Of a stretch of DNA of 42,035 bases, positions 9,709-20,010 are shown in pieces; the stretch's first letter is position 1; each line of letters opens with the position of its first letter. Source of the stretch: an uncultured Nitrospirota bacterium. Lineage in GTDB: Bacteria > Nitrospirota > Thermodesulfovibrionia > Thermodesulfovibrionales > CALJEL01. The DNA is taken from assembly GCA_947085365.1 (NCBI GenBank), contig CAMTWD010000028.1, positions 1 to 42,035 of the forward strand, given 5' to 3'. The position numbers and the translations under genes are program-made. Under the pieces are notes generated by a model. The model ran no database searches, was not told the DNA's origin, and saw only the letters and a list, made by a program, of their open reading frames with translations.

Positions 9709-11406
9709 TCATCTCTTAAAGATATAAAGCCTCGTCTGTTTTGGATTCTCGCCCTTGAGAAGACTGCCAAGGCTTATTCCCATAAAAGGCTGTTGAAGTA
9801 TATAAAGCCTGTCGGCCGTGATCCAAAAGTCCATAATAGCACCTCCAACCTCCTTGATTCCCTCTTCTGTCATATTACCATCTCTCCATTGAAGGCTCAC
9901 AATCATGGAGGAGCTCCATCCAATACCCCTTGCGACACCTGAGATAGGTCTCCTCTTAATAACATAGGCCCTCTCTCCTTCAATAATAATCCTGTCCCAG
10001 AGACTCCATTCCTCTTCCCTAAGGATCAGGGAAAGAGAGGGTCTCTTAAAGGTATAAAAGGCTCCCCCTGTATCCTCCTTACTCCTCCAGAGGAGCCTTC
10101 CCTCCTTATCAAAGAGATTGAGATACCCCACCTTATCGTAGGATAAAAGAAGGTTCTCCTCTCCAATCTTTAATATATTGAAGCTAAGGATAGAGGTAAC
10201 TGGTATCGCTACATCCTTTTCAATGATCGCTGTTACCTCACCATCGTTGATATTTATCTTAAGCTCCTTTATCCTTCCTGTAGGCCCTTCATCGGAGGAA
10301 TATCCCTGCCAGAGTATCTTCCCATCAACAATCCTCAGAAATCCCTCTCTCTTATAAAGGGACTTAAAGGATCCATCCCTGAGTTCAAGTATCTCGGAAT
10401 AGACCCTGTCATTGTAAAGATAGGAGACCAAGATATCATACCTTCCATTTCTATTAAGGTCCCAGGAGTTAAGGGTGATTATCTCGCCCTTGAGCCTTAT
10501 CTCGTAAAGGCCCTTCAGGGTAACCCCCATCCGGTAGACCTCAACAGAATCGTCCTTAGCAATAACAAGCTCATCCACCCTATCACCATCTACATCAGAA
10601 AGATTGATAAACCTTACCGAACCAGGAAGCCTGAAGCTCAGAAGGAGGTCCGATTCCCTGAACTCCTTCTCATAAAGACCCTTCTCCTTTGATATCTTCT
10701 CAAGGTATTCTTTGGAGAGTCTCACCTCACCAGAAAGAAATACCATGCCTGTATCCGACCAGGCTAACTCATGTCTGAGGGCCTGGGCTTGATCATCAAT
10801 CCAAAGGGTAATAATTATATCTGATTCCTTCCTCTCATTTACTGGTTCAAACCTGCCTGTGGACTTCAGGGCCCTCAGGTAGTCCTCCGCAATAAAATAA
10901 TCAAGTCCGCTCAATCTCCGGGAGACTGTTACTTCGCCACCAAGTCCTGCCTCCTCTTTTAGAAAGACCTTTAAAGGCCTTTCAGGAAGAAAGGCTGATG
11001 CACCAGAACCGGCACTTCCCTTTAACAATCTCAGGATTGAATAATCCTCATAAACCTCCTCAACCTCAGCCAATCCTGTCTTTACATCAACAGTACCTAT
11101 CTCTTCCCGAGTTACAGGATGCCTCAGGGGCTGAGGGGTGGTTATCTCAAATCTCATCAACCTCTTAATTCCATCCTTTGTACCTGCCTTTATGAATATC
11201 CTTTCATTTTCCACATTCACAATCTTAAAAGACCTGGGTTTAAAGAATTCCAGAACCTCTGAGGTAAGACTCTTTAAAGGATCTACCGCACTTGGTGGCG
11301 AGGTAATCCTAGAAGTAATAGAGTCAGTGGCAAAAGAAGAAGGGATTAAAATCCCTCCAGAAAGCAAAAGGGCCATCAGAACCTTAAGGCGAAATAACTG
11401 TTTCAT
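9709..11406 (-). CDS. Exported hypothetical protein with FG-GAP/VCBS-like repeats
   Basis: Likely ATG at 11406 (RBS GGAG, signal peptide MKQLF...SFA); DVDGDRVDEL and DLNRNGRYDI motifs; the longer ORF-track start overlaps pheA. Confidence 0.7.
   Translation of the reverse strand: MKQLFRLKVLMALLLSGGILIPSSFATDSITSRITSPPSAVDPLKSLTSEVLEFFKPRSFKIVNVENERIFIKAGTKDGIKRLMRFEITTPQPLRHPVTREEIGTVDVKTGLAEVEEVYEDYSILRLLKGSAGSGASAFLPERPLKVFLKEEAGLGGEVTVSRRLSGLDYFIAEDYLRALKSTGRFEPVNERKESDIIITLWIDDQAQALRHELAWSDTGMVFLSGEVRLSKEYLEKISKEKGLYEKEFRESDLLLSFRLPGSVRFINLSDVDGDRVDELVIAKDDSVEVYRMGVTLKGLYEIRLKGEIITLNSWDLNRNGRYDILVSYLYNDRVYSEILELRDGSFKSLYKREGFLRIVDGKILWQGYSSDEGPTGRIKELKININDGEVTAIIEKDVAIPVTSILSFNILKIGEENLLLSYDKVGYLNLFDKEGRLLWRSKEDTGGAFYTFKRPSLSLILREEEWSLWDRIIIEGERAYVIKRRPISGVARGIGWSSSMIVSLQWRDGNMTEEGIKEVGGAIMDFWITADRLYILQQPFMGISLGSLLKGENPKQTRLYIFKR
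10925..10941 (-). repeat. 18-bp repeat in frame (GGEVTV); weaker copies at 10229-10245 and 11294-11307
   Basis: ACTGTTACTTCGCCACC. Confidence 0.9.
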
Positions 11407-11459
11407 CTTTTCTCCTGGATAGGTTTCAAGGTAGTCCATCAATTTTAACAGTTTACTCC

Positions 11460-11488
11460 TTGAAAAAACAAGAAAAATCTGGTAAAGT
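11460..11488 (+). promoter_or_regulatory. Putative sigma70 promoter of the pheA operon
   Basis: TTGAAA-17 nt-TAAAGT with extended -10 TG. Confidence 0.5.
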
Positions 11489-11497
11489 TTTAAATCT

Positions 11498-12565
11498 ATG
11501 GAAGAGATCAAAAAACTGAGGCAACAGATTGACCGGATTGATGACAAGATTCTGAAGCTCCTCACAAAGAGGGCAGAACTTGCCATAAGAATCGGAAAGA
11601 TAAAGAAAAGGTCACTGCTCAGGACCTACGCCCCGGAAAGAGAAAGGGAGATTATTGAGAGGCTCCTTCAGAAGAATAAAGGACCCTTTCCCAACAGTGC
11701 CCTGAAGCTTATATATCGAGAGATATTCTCTGCTACAAGGTCCTTAGAGGAGCCGTTAAGGATCGCCTGTCTTGGCCCACTTGCCACATTCACCCATCTG
11801 GCTGCAGTTAAACACTTCGGTACCTCTGCCATATACCTACCAGAGGAGAGTATAAAGGGGGTGTTTGAGGCGGTATCAAGGGATAAGGCCCAATTTGGGG
11901 TCGTCCCTGTGGAGAATTCCACGGAGGGAGTGGTGAGTTATACCCTTGATATGTTCATGGACTTTGATCTTTATATCTCTGGCGAGGTGATGCTTGAGAT
12001 AAGCCATAATCTCCTTTCCATCTCAGGAGACAGGACAAGGATCAAAAGAATCTACTCTCATCCCCAGGCAACAGCCCAGTGCAGGAGATGGCTTGAAAAG
12101 AATATGCCAGGGGTGGAGATTATAGAGGCAACAAGCACTGCAAGGGCTGCTGAACTTGCTTCAAAGGATGAAGAAGGGGCAGCTATTGCAGGAGACTTGG
12201 CTGCCCAGTATTACAATCTGGAATTTGTAGAGAAACATATAGAGGACTTCAAAGACAATTATACAAGATTTCTCATAATATCAAAGACCATGGTTCCAAG
12301 AACAGGCAGGGATAAGACCTCAATAATGCTCTCTTTAAAGGACAGACCAGGTGCCCTTCATGACCTCCTCACGCCCTTTAAGGAAGAAAGGATAAACCTT
12401 ACGAAGATAGAATCAAGGCCATCAAAGACAAAGGCATGGCAGTACATATTCTTCATAGACCTTGAAGGTCACATAGAAGACAGAAAGGTAAGAAAGGCCC
12501 TTGAAAAGGTGAGGGATATCTGTATAGACTTTAAGCTCCTTGGCTCATATCCAAGATATGAGTAA
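11498..12565 (+). CDS. pheA: Chorismate mutase/prephenate dehydratase
   Basis: AroQ-type N-terminus, PVENSTEG, SHPQA..QC, NYTRF, ACT domain LTKIESRP. Confidence 0.96.
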   Translation: MEEIKKLRQQIDRIDDKILKLLTKRAELAIRIGKIKKRSLLRTYAPEREREIIERLLQKNKGPFPNSALKLIYREIFSATRSLEEPLRIACLGPLATFTHLAAVKHFGTSAIYLPEESIKGVFEAVSRDKAQFGVVPVENSTEGVVSYTLDMFMDFDLYISGEVMLEISHNLLSISGDRTRIKRIYSHPQATAQCRRWLEKNMPGVEIIEATSTARAAELASKDEEGAAIAGDLAAQYYNLEFVEKHIEDFKDNYTRFLIISKTMVPRTGRDKTSIMLSLKDRPGALHDLLTPFKEERINLTKIESRPSKTKAWQYIFFIDLEGHIEDRKVRKALEKVRDICIDFKLLGSYPRYE

Positions 12566-12578
12566 CTGTTACTTCGCC
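12565..12578 (-). repeat. Partial repeat at the pheA stop
   Basis: ACTGTTACTTCGCC. Confidence 0.8.
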
Positions 12579-12588
12579 TGAGGTCTCA

Positions 12589-13680
12589 ATGTTAAATATA
12601 AAGATTTCGGATTTTATAAAGGATATAAGTCCCTATGTCCCTGGCAAACCCATAGAGGAACTCCAGAGGGAGCTGGGTATAAGGGATGTGGTTAAACTTG
12701 CCTCAAACGAGAATCCCCTCGGCCCATCCAGAAAGGCACTAAAAGAGATGAGAGAAGGACTCAGGGGACTTCACAGATATCCTGATGGAAGCTGTTATTA
12801 TCTAAAGAGGGAGCTCTCAAAGAGGCTGGGGGTAAGCCCTGATGAGTTGATTATAGGGAATGGTTCAAATGAGATCCTGGACATAGCAGCAAAGACATTC
12901 CTCATGCCAGGGGACAATGCAATTATGGCAAGGCCATCCTTTGTTGTCTATCCCATGGCAACAAAGATTGCTGGGGCCACACCTGTAGAGATCCCTCTTA
13001 ACAGTGAAGGAAGGCACGACCTGAGGAGGATGGCAGAGGCAATAACAGAAAGAACAAGGATCGTCTTTATTGCAAATCCCAACAATCCCACAGGCACAAT
13101 AGTAAGAAGGGATGAATTTGATGAATTCATGAAGGGCATTCCAGGAGATCTTCTTGTTATAATTGATGAGGCCTATTATGAATATGTCACAGACAGGGAA
13201 TATCCCGATACAATAGAATACCTCCGGAAGGGCTATCCTGTTCTAATCCTCAGGACATTTTCAAAGATCTATGGCCTTGCAGGCCTAAGGGTGGGTTATG
13301 GAATTGGAGACAGGAACTTGATAGCAGAGATGAACAGGGTGAGAGAGCCCTTTAATGTAAACTCCCTTGCCCAGCTTGGAGCAATTGGCGCTTTAAGAGA
13401 CAGGGAGCATGTAAGAAGGTCCCTGATGCTCAATAACAGGGAAAGGCTATTTCTCTACAGGAGGCTCACGGAACTGGATATAGAGTTTATACCTACAGAG
13501 GCAAATTTTATTTATATAAGACTACCTTTTGAGGCAGGATGGCTCTTCAATGAGCTTTTAAAAAAGGGTGTAATCATAAGGCCTGTTGGTGAGAGGGAGA
13601 TAAGGGTGACCATAGGTTTGAGAAAAGAGAATATAAGATTCATAAAGGCCTTGAAAGAGGCCCTTGAAAGGAGGAAGTAA
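12589..13680 (+). CDS. hisC: Histidinol-phosphate transaminase
   Basis: [36 protein letters not shown]. Confidence 0.95.
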   Translation: MLNIKISDFIKDISPYVPGKPIEELQRELGIRDVVKLASNENPLGPSRKALKEMREGLRGLHRYPDGSCYYLKRELSKRLGVSPDELIIGNGSNEILDIAAKTFLMPGDNAIMARPSFVVYPMATKIAGATPVEIPLNSEGRHDLRRMAEAITERTRIVFIANPNNPTGTIVRRDEFDEFMKGIPGDLLVIIDEAYYEYVTDREYPDTIEYLRKGYPVLILRTFSKIYGLAGLRVGYGIGDRNLIAEMNRVREPFNVNSLAQLGAIGALRDREHVRRSLMLNNRERLFLYRRLTELDIEFIPTEANFIYIRLPFEAGWLFNELLKKGVIIRPVGEREIRVTIGLRKENIRFIKALKEALERRK

Positions 13681-14705
13681 TGGACATAATAGTGTTAAAA
13701 CCTGAGGCAACAGAGGATGAAATAGCACAGGTCCTCAGAAGACTTGAGCAGAAGGGTTTCAAGACAACCATCTCAAAGGGTGCTGAAAGGACGATCATTG
13801 GGGTTATAGGTGATACCTCAAAGATAACAGAGGAGGAAGAGGAGAGCTTCAAGGTGATGCCTGGTGTGGAGAATGTGATGAGGATCCTGAAGCCCTTCAA
13901 GCTGGCAAGCAAGGACTTCAAAAAGACCCCCACACTCATTGAGATAAAGGGAAATGTCATAGGTGGCAAGAAGATCCATGTGATGGCAGGACCATGCTCT
14001 GTTGAAAACAGGGAGATGATCCTCCACATAGCCCAGAGGGTAAAGGAGGCAGGTGCTACATTCCTCCGGGGCGGAGCCTACAAACCCAGGACATCCCCCT
14101 ATTCATTCCAGGGCCTTGGTGAGGAGGGTCTCATATATCTTAAAGAGGCATCAGAAAAGACGGGGCTACCTATTGTGACTGAACTGATGGATCCCAGAGA
14201 GATAGACATGTTTATAAAATATGTGGATGTGATACAGATAGGGGCAAGGAATATGCAGAACTTTCGCCTCCTCCTTGAGGTGGGTTCAATAAATAAGCCT
14301 GTACTTCTGAAAAGAGGGCTTTCAGCAACGATAAAGGAATGGCTCATGAGTGCAGAATATATCCTCTCAAGGGGAAATCCCAATGTAATCCTCTGCGAAA
14401 GGGGTATAAGGACCTTTGAGACTGCCACAAGGAATACCCTTGACCTCAGTGCAGTACCTCTGCTTAAGCAGATGACCCATCTTCCTGTCGTTGTTGATCC
14501 CAGTCATGGTGTGGGGAAATGGGATCTTGTGCCAGCCATGGCTAAGGCTGCCATTGCCGCAGGTGCTGATGGCCTCTTGATAGAGGTCCACCACAATCCA
14601 CAGGAGGCCCTCTCTGATGGTGACCAGTCCCTGAAGCCCGATGCCTTCTTTGAGCTTATGAAAGAGCTGAGGCCCATAGCTGAGGTAATCGGAAGGGAGC
14701 TTTAA
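13680..14705 (+). CDS. aroF: 3-deoxy-7-phosphoheptulonate (DAHP) synthase, type I-beta
   Basis: [35 protein letters not shown]; N-terminal regulatory domain. Confidence 0.95.
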   Translation: MDIIVLKPEATEDEIAQVLRRLEQKGFKTTISKGAERTIIGVIGDTSKITEEEEESFKVMPGVENVMRILKPFKLASKDFKKTPTLIEIKGNVIGGKKIHVMAGPCSVENREMILHIAQRVKEAGATFLRGGAYKPRTSPYSFQGLGEEGLIYLKEASEKTGLPIVTELMDPREIDMFIKYVDVIQIGARNMQNFRLLLEVGSINKPVLLKRGLSATIKEWLMSAEYILSRGNPNVILCERGIRTFETATRNTLDLSAVPLLKQMTHLPVVVDPSHGVGKWDLVPAMAKAAIAAGADGLLIEVHHNPQEALSDGDQSLKPDAFFELMKELRPIAEVIGREL

Positions 14706-14709
14706 AGAA

Positions 14710-16695
14710 ATGGGGAAGAATATTGTTCAAAAGATAATAGAGGCTCATCTCCTTTCAGGCAGGCTAGAGCCAGGGGAGATGATCAGCCTTCGGGTTGACC
14801 AGGTCTATACACAGGATGCCACAGGGACAATGGCATGGCTTGAGTTTGAGGCAATAGGCATTGACAGGGTTAAGGTGCCACTGGCAGTCTCCTATGTGGA
14901 CCACAATACCTTACAGTCAGACTTCATGAATCCTGACGACCATGCCTTTTTGCAGAGTGTTGCTGCCCGATACGGTGCATGGTTTTCGAAACCAGGAAAT
15001 GGCATATCCCATCAGGTCCATTTAGAGAGATTTGCAGCACCAGGGAAGATTGCCCTCGGAACTGATAGCCATACACCTACAGGTGGTGGGATCGGGATGC
15101 TCGCCATAGGAGTTGGGGGGCTTGAGGCAGCCAGTGTAATGGCAGGAGAACCCTTTGAGATAACAATGCCGAAGGTTGTCCTTGTGAGACTTACAGGAAG
15201 GCTCAACAGACCTTATGTAACTGCAATGGATGTGATCCTGGAACTCTTGAGGAGACTCACAGTAAAGGGTGGTGTGGGAAAGATCCTGGAATACGGTGGG
15301 CCAGGTATTGAAGACCTTTCAGTTCCCGAAAGGGCAACCATAACGAATATGGGAGCTGAGCTGGGTGCAACAACCTCCATATTCCCTTCTGATGAAATTA
15401 CAAAGGAATTTCTGAAGGCCCAGAAGAGGCTCAATGACTGGATTGAATTAAAGGCTGATCCTGATGCAGTCTATTCTGAGATAATAGAGCTCAACCTATC
15501 AGATATAGAACCATTGGTAGCAAGACCCCACAGTCCTGACAATGTAGTGCCCGTGAGGGAGCTCCAGGGCACAAGGGTCGATCAGGTCTGTATAGGAAGC
15601 TGTACAAATTCCTCTTATTCAATAATGAGACAGGTTGCAAGTATCTTAAGGGGAAGAACGATTGCAAGACATGTAAGCCTTCTTATAAATCCTGGATCAA
15701 AGCAGGTCTATGAGATGCTTGCTAAGGATGGATCATTGAAGGATATGATCAGTGCTGGTGCAAGGATCCTTGAGGTGGCCTGTGGCCCCTGCATCGGGAT
15801 GGGAGGGGCACCTGGAACAGACCAGATATCCCTGAGGTCCTACAACAGGAATTTCAGGGGTAGATCAGGGAATAAAAATGCCTTTGTCTATCTGGCAAGC
15901 CCTGTGGTATGTGCTGTAGCAGCAATAAAGGGTGAATTTGTTGATCCAAGGGTTGCAGGGATTGAGATTGAGATGCCTCCCAAGGTAGAGGAATTTCTTA
16001 TAAACGATAATCTCCTTATACCACCTCCTAATGTTAGTTCGCCACTAACTGTTACCTCGCCACTAAGTGAAGAGCACAAAAAGATCAGGGTAGTAAAAGG
16101 CCCAAATATAAAGGAGGTTCCTGTAAGAAGGGGTATTGAAGACCCCATAGAGGCAACAGTTCTATTGAAGCTTCAGGACAACATAACCACTGATGACATA
16201 ATGCCAGCAGGTTCAAAGATATTGCCTCTCAGGTCTAATATACCTGCCATAGCAGAATATGTCTTTCACAATATAGATCCAGGGTTTTCAAAGAAGGCCC
16301 TTGAGTTGAAGGACAAGGGCGGTGTGATAGTAGTTGGTGGAGAAAATTATGGCCAGGGCTCCAGCAGAGAACACGCAGCCCTTGCTCCCATGTACTTAGG
16401 ACTCAAGGCAGTCATAGCAAAGTCCTTTGCAAGGATTCACAGGTCAAATCTTATAAACTTCGGCATAATCCCCCTCTTATTCCAGAATCCTGAGGACTAT
16501 GAGAAGATATCTGAAGGTGATCGGCTGAGTATAAGAGATATAAGAAAGGCTATTGAAGGGGCAGAGACAATTCTAAATATAGAAAACCTCACAAAGGGTT
16601 ATAAATTTCCTGTAAGGCTTGAGTTAAACGAGAAGGAGAGGAATATCCTTTTAAAAGGGGGCCTCCTCCCCTATCTAAGGGAAAGGGAGAGCTAA
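14710..16695 (+). CDS. Aconitate hydratase (short single-chain aconitase-family enzyme)
   Basis: DHN, DSHT, IGSCTN, CGPCIG, NRNF, NYGQGSSREHA; tandem repeat insert in the interdomain linker. Confidence 0.9.
   Translation: MGKNIVQKIIEAHLLSGRLEPGEMISLRVDQVYTQDATGTMAWLEFEAIGIDRVKVPLAVSYVDHNTLQSDFMNPDDHAFLQSVAARYGAWFSKPGNGISHQVHLERFAAPGKIALGTDSHTPTGGGIGMLAIGVGGLEAASVMAGEPFEITMPKVVLVRLTGRLNRPYVTAMDVILELLRRLTVKGGVGKILEYGGPGIEDLSVPERATITNMGAELGATTSIFPSDEITKEFLKAQKRLNDWIELKADPDAVYSEIIELNLSDIEPLVARPHSPDNVVPVRELQGTRVDQVCIGSCTNSSYSIMRQVASILRGRTIARHVSLLINPGSKQVYEMLAKDGSLKDMISAGARILEVACGPCIGMGGAPGTDQISLRSYNRNFRGRSGNKNAFVYLASPVVCAVAAIKGEFVDPRVAGIEIEMPPKVEEFLINDNLLIPPPNVSSPLTVTSPLSEEHKKIRVVKGPNIKEVPVRRGIEDPIEATVLLKLQDNITTDDIMPAGSKILPLRSNIPAIAEYVFHNIDPGFSKKALELKDKGGVIVVGGENYGQGSSREHAALAPMYLGLKAVIAKSFARIHRSNLINFGIIPLLFQNPEDYEKISEGDRLSIRDIRKAIEGAETILNIENLTKGYKFPVRLELNEKERNILLKGGLLPYLRERES
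16030..16064 (-). repeat. Tandem pair in frame in aconitase (NVSSPLTVTSPL)
   Basis: AATGTTAGTTCGCCACT A ACTGTTACCTCGCCACT. Confidence 0.92.
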
Positions 16696-16698
16696 TTT

Positions 16699-17064
16699 TT
16701 ACTCCTCGACAATCTCTGTCCTTATAAGTGCCAAAATGGCTGAATGAGGCACAATAAGGAATTTCTTTCCCTCAAATTCTATCTCCACAGCAGAGTCTTT
16801 TAAAAATATGGCATAATCTCCCTCTGCTGCCTGCAGGGGTATGTATCTTGGTTTCTTCTTTTGCTTCCAGGGATCATCACTTGAGGAATTTACATCATGG
16901 ACAAGATACCCTGGCCCGGTCTTTACAACATATCCACCCTGAACCTTCTCCTTCTCCTTCACCGTTGGAGGGAGATAAAGACCTGCTGATGTGAGACCCT
17001 CTCTTTCGTCAGGTTCAATAAGGACCCTGTCTCCAACAACTATGAGATTCTTCTTCGCCTTCAT
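16699..17064 (-). CDS. GroES-family co-chaperonin paralog
   Basis: GDRVLI, TSAGLYLP, VVKTGPG, IEFEGKKFLIV; no groEL adjacent. Confidence 0.8.
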   Translation of the reverse strand: MKAKKNLIVVGDRVLIEPDEREGLTSAGLYLPPTVKEKEKVQGGYVVKTGPGYLVHDVNSSSDDPWKQKKKPRYIPLQAAEGDYAIFLKDSAVEIEFEGKKFLIVPHSAILALIRTEIVEE

Positions 17065-17121
17065 TATTTAAATTTTAACATTTTAGAGGGAGGTATCAAT
17101 TTTTATGATGAAAGTAACCAT

Positions 17122-17613
17122 TCAGGGCAAAAGCTGTCTTAATATATGAGATTCCCTTTTGTAAAAACCTTCTGTATGAAATGACTCAGAAAGTCCGAAT
17201 AATTCATAATCTAAGTGATGACAGAACTCGTGAATGAATGTCCTCAGAAAGGTCTTGAAGGCAACCACCTTTCCTTTCTTTGCTGTCCTCATCCAGAGCT
17301 TTATCGTTGCTGGGAGATTCTTCTTGCTGGGATAATAGATCCCATAAAGCTCTCCATAATAGTTACTCGGCCTCACCTCGAGGATCTTTATCCTTATGGA
17401 GGGGACCTGGAATCTCCTTGAAAGACTTATAGCAAGACCCTGACAGCTCCTCTCAAGACCGAGTGGATCCTCCCTCTTAAGAGAATCCTCTATCTTCCTC
17501 ACAATGGGGAACAGGGATTCTCTCTCAGGGATAACCACCTCTTCTATGCCATCACTCTTCCTGTATATCTCCTTCTCTTTTGGACTTAATCTCTGATAAT
17601 ATGCAAAGGGCAT
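17122..17613 (-). CDS. Hypothetical protein, possible SprT-like zinc metallopeptidase
   Basis: HEFCH (HExxH) followed by H..GF. Confidence 0.6.
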   Translation of the reverse strand: MPFAYYQRLSPKEKEIYRKSDGIEEVVIPERESLFPIVRKIEDSLKREDPLGLERSCQGLAISLSRRFQVPSIRIKILEVRPSNYYGELYGIYYPSKKNLPATIKLWMRTAKKGKVVAFKTFLRTFIHEFCHHLDYELFGLSESFHTEGFYKRESHILRQLLP

Positions 17614-17620
17614 CTCGCTA

Positions 17621-17905
17621 TTACCTTGCCTTTAATTCCTCCACCTCTTCCTTACCCTTCTCCATTTCCCTCACCTGTTCTTTATCAAGCTCAAGGAGCA
17701 ATGCCTGAAACTCTCCCACATGGGTCTTCTCCTCTTTTGCGATATCCAGAAATACCCGTTTTATTATCTCATTCTTTGAAAGGGTTGCGAGCTGTTCATA
17801 AAGATTAATGGCATCAAGCTCAGCTATCAGACCTATTCTCAATATCTCCCTCTCAATCTCTTCATCCTTTAATTTCGACAGGTCAAAGGGTATCCTTGAA
17901 AGCAT
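17621..17905 (-). CDS. Small ferritin-like/rubrerythrin-family protein
   Basis: AELDAINLYEQ and DIAKEEKTHVGEF diiron motifs; RBS GGAGG. Confidence 0.85.
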   Translation of the reverse strand: MLSRIPFDLSKLKDEEIEREILRIGLIAELDAINLYEQLATLSKNEIIKRVFLDIAKEEKTHVGEFQALLLELDKEQVREMEKGKEEVEELKAR

Positions 17906-17927
17906 AAAGACCTCCTTTTCATAACTT

Positions 17928-18019
17928 AGTTGCGAGGTAATAGTCTTATCCTCACCATAGTTAATGTTAATTATATCATATGGTGGCGAGGTAACAGTTG
18001 CCAGTGGCGAGGTAACAGT
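17928..18019 (+). repeat. Three repeats in a divergent promoter region
   Basis: Copies at 17928 (degenerate), 17982 and 18003. Confidence 0.88.
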
Positions 18020-18045
18020 TGTTTTTGATGTGATAAAATTATCTT

Positions 18046-19125
18046 ATGCCAAAGACAGGTGTTGCAACCCTTCCCCTTCATCACGGCAGGGCACCACGAT
18101 GGCTCTTTGAGAGGATGGTAAGGCTTGCCAGAGAGATCTCCTTGGCGATAATATCTGAACTGGGACAGCTGGAGTTCTTAAAAAGGCTCTCTGACCCTTA
18201 CTGGTTTCAGGCCTTAGGATGCATACTGGGCTTTGACTGGCATTCCAGTGGTCTTACAACCACTACCTGTGGTGCCATAAAAGAGGCATTAAGAGGTATT
18301 GAAAGGGAGACAGGTATATTTATAGCTGGAGGAAAGGGGAAGACCTCCAGAAAGACACCCCAAGAGATAGAATCCTTTGCCATGAAATACGGATTCAATC
18401 CCTTTCCCCTTATTTACGCCAGCAGGCTCTCTGCAAAGGTTGACAACTCCTGTATCCAGGATGGCTATCAGCTCTATGCCCATCTCTTTATATTTGACCA
18501 TCACAACAACTGGGCTGTAATCCAGCAGGGAATGAATCCTGAAAGGAGGACAGCCAGGAGGTATCACTGGATATCTGAAGGATTGAGGAGCTTCGTGGAA
18601 GAACCCCACAGGGCTATCTGCAGTGAAAAAAGGGAGGATCAGGTTCTCAATATGGTGGCAAGGGAGAGCAGGGACTCAAGAAGGATATGTACAATCCTGG
18701 CATCAAACCATCCTGAAAGGACCATCAGGGAAATAGAAAGGATAAAGGAACTTAACCTCCCCAGAAGATACGGCATAACCCTCGATGACATTGATCCAGG
18801 AAGACTCTACAGGATTCTTCTAAAGACTTATGAGCATACTCCAAAGGAGTTTGAGGAATTGCTCTCTCTTGAGGGAGTAGGGCCTAAGACCATAAGGGCA
18901 CTGAGCCTTGTTGGTGAAATCATTTATGGATGCCCTCCCAGCTTTAATGACCCAGCGAGGTTCAGCTTTGCCCATGGTGGCAAGGATGGCACACCCTTTC
19001 CTGTGGATAGAGAGACCTATGACAGGACGATCGAGATCATCAAAAGGGCGGTTGAGGCCGCCAGAGTGGGAAATCGCGAAAGGCTTGAGGCCCTAAGAAG
19101 GATGACGAATTACTTTGGCATTTAA
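18046..19125 (+). CDS. DUF763 domain protein
   Basis: LPLHHG..P.WL, SDPYWFQ, DWHSSG.TT, AHGGKDG.P.PV, HhH-like GVGPKT. Confidence 0.88.
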   Translation: MPKTGVATLPLHHGRAPRWLFERMVRLAREISLAIISELGQLEFLKRLSDPYWFQALGCILGFDWHSSGLTTTTCGAIKEALRGIERETGIFIAGGKGKTSRKTPQEIESFAMKYGFNPFPLIYASRLSAKVDNSCIQDGYQLYAHLFIFDHHNNWAVIQQGMNPERRTARRYHWISEGLRSFVEEPHRAICSEKREDQVLNMVARESRDSRRICTILASNHPERTIREIERIKELNLPRRYGITLDDIDPGRLYRILLKTYEHTPKEFEELLSLEGVGPKTIRALSLVGEIIYGCPPSFNDPARFSFAHGGKDGTPFPVDRETYDRTIEIIKRAVEAARVGNRERLEALRRMTNYFGI

Positions 19126-19230
19126 GGATCCAGAAATCCCCTTCTGAGAGAGGATGGCCTTTTTTAAAATAATTGCCTCCCTTCTATTGAGTGCTGATGT
19201 AATCTCTGCTCCAAAGAGAAACACAAGAGG
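19126..19230 (-). pseudogene. Possible remnant of a YihY/BrkB-family gene
   Basis: Minus frame reads LVFLFGAEITSALNRR, like the YihY C-terminal motif; no start or N-terminal part. Confidence 0.35.
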
Positions 19231-19254
19231 ATCACAACAAAATATGATTCTGAG

Positions 19255-19610
19255 GGAATTCCTTTCTTAAGCCTGAGCCTGCCTTCAAGGTCATCTATAA
19301 ACTGCCTTGCCGTCCTTCCAGAATAACTTCCTGAGGGTGAATCTCGGCATTTGAGATATCCGGGAGATTCTCTTCACCCTTTCAGGTATGAGAGCCTTCT
19401 GTTGGATGTGGCATATATGGTCATATTTTCAGGCCTGATCTCCAGACCTCCCTCAAGAACTGCCTTCAGTGTCCTGTAAGACCTCTCTTCCTCATCAAAG
19501 GAAAGGTCATCGGAGAAGACTATAAACTTCTCCTTTCTATCCCTGATGAGGTCTGGAATCTCTGGAAGATAGAAGAGGAGGTCCCTTGGGACCTCTATAA
19601 TCCTCAATCC
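19255..19610 (-). pseudogene. Fragmented DUF815-family AAA+ ATPase
   Basis: LRIIEV...FSDDLSF....Y..LKAVLEGG...IYATSNRR, then a separate piece SGRTARQFIDDL; Walker A region and middle are missing. Confidence 0.75.
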
Positions 19611-19613
19611 CCA

Positions 19614-19765
19614 ACTGTTACCTCCCCACCTCTACACCTTTGGTGTGTCCAGTCCTCATGGGAGTCAGTATAATTTATCTCATATCACTTTAATAAGCCA
19701 AATGTTATAATATTAAATCCTTTTGAGTAACGAGGTAACAGCTACATTGGTAGCGAAGTAACAGT
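19614..19765. repeat. Three repeats around the DUF815 remnant and the ferredoxin 5' region
   Basis: 19614-19630 (ACTGTTACCTCCCCACC), 19726-19742, 19749-19765. Confidence 0.8.
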
Positions 19766-19815
19766 GTGGTGACAGGAATTCCTGTCTTTAATATGTAAGA
19801 TTAAGGAGGTCTATT

Positions 19816-19995
19816 ATGACACCAGTAGTGGATCTTGATCTCTGCATAGGCTGTGGCTCCTGTGTGGAGCTCTGTCCTGAGGTATTTGAACTCAGGGATG
19901 ATAAGGCATGGGTTATAGGACCTGATAAGTGCAATACCTGTAACTGCCAAGAGGCCGCTGACATATGTCCTACTCAGGCAATAAAATTTGAATAG
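19816..19995 (+). CDS. Ferredoxin, single [4Fe-4S] cluster, 59 aa (absent from the ORF track)
   Basis: MTPVVDLDLCIGCGSCVELCPEVF...CQEAADICPTQAIKFE; RBS AAGGAGGT. Confidence 0.93.
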   Translation: MTPVVDLDLCIGCGSCVELCPEVFELRDDKAWVIGPDKCNTCNCQEAADICPTQAIKFE

Positions 19996-20010
19996 GGAAT
20001 ATTATTTACA

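Noticed and set aside
11407-11586. Extended start of the 9709 ORF
   Set aside because: It overlaps pheA antisense and its promoter; the signal peptide starts at 11406.
11978-11990. TCTGGCGAGGTGA (SGEV) in pheA as a repeat copy
   Set aside because: Short match at a position where prephenate dehydratases normally have I.GE.
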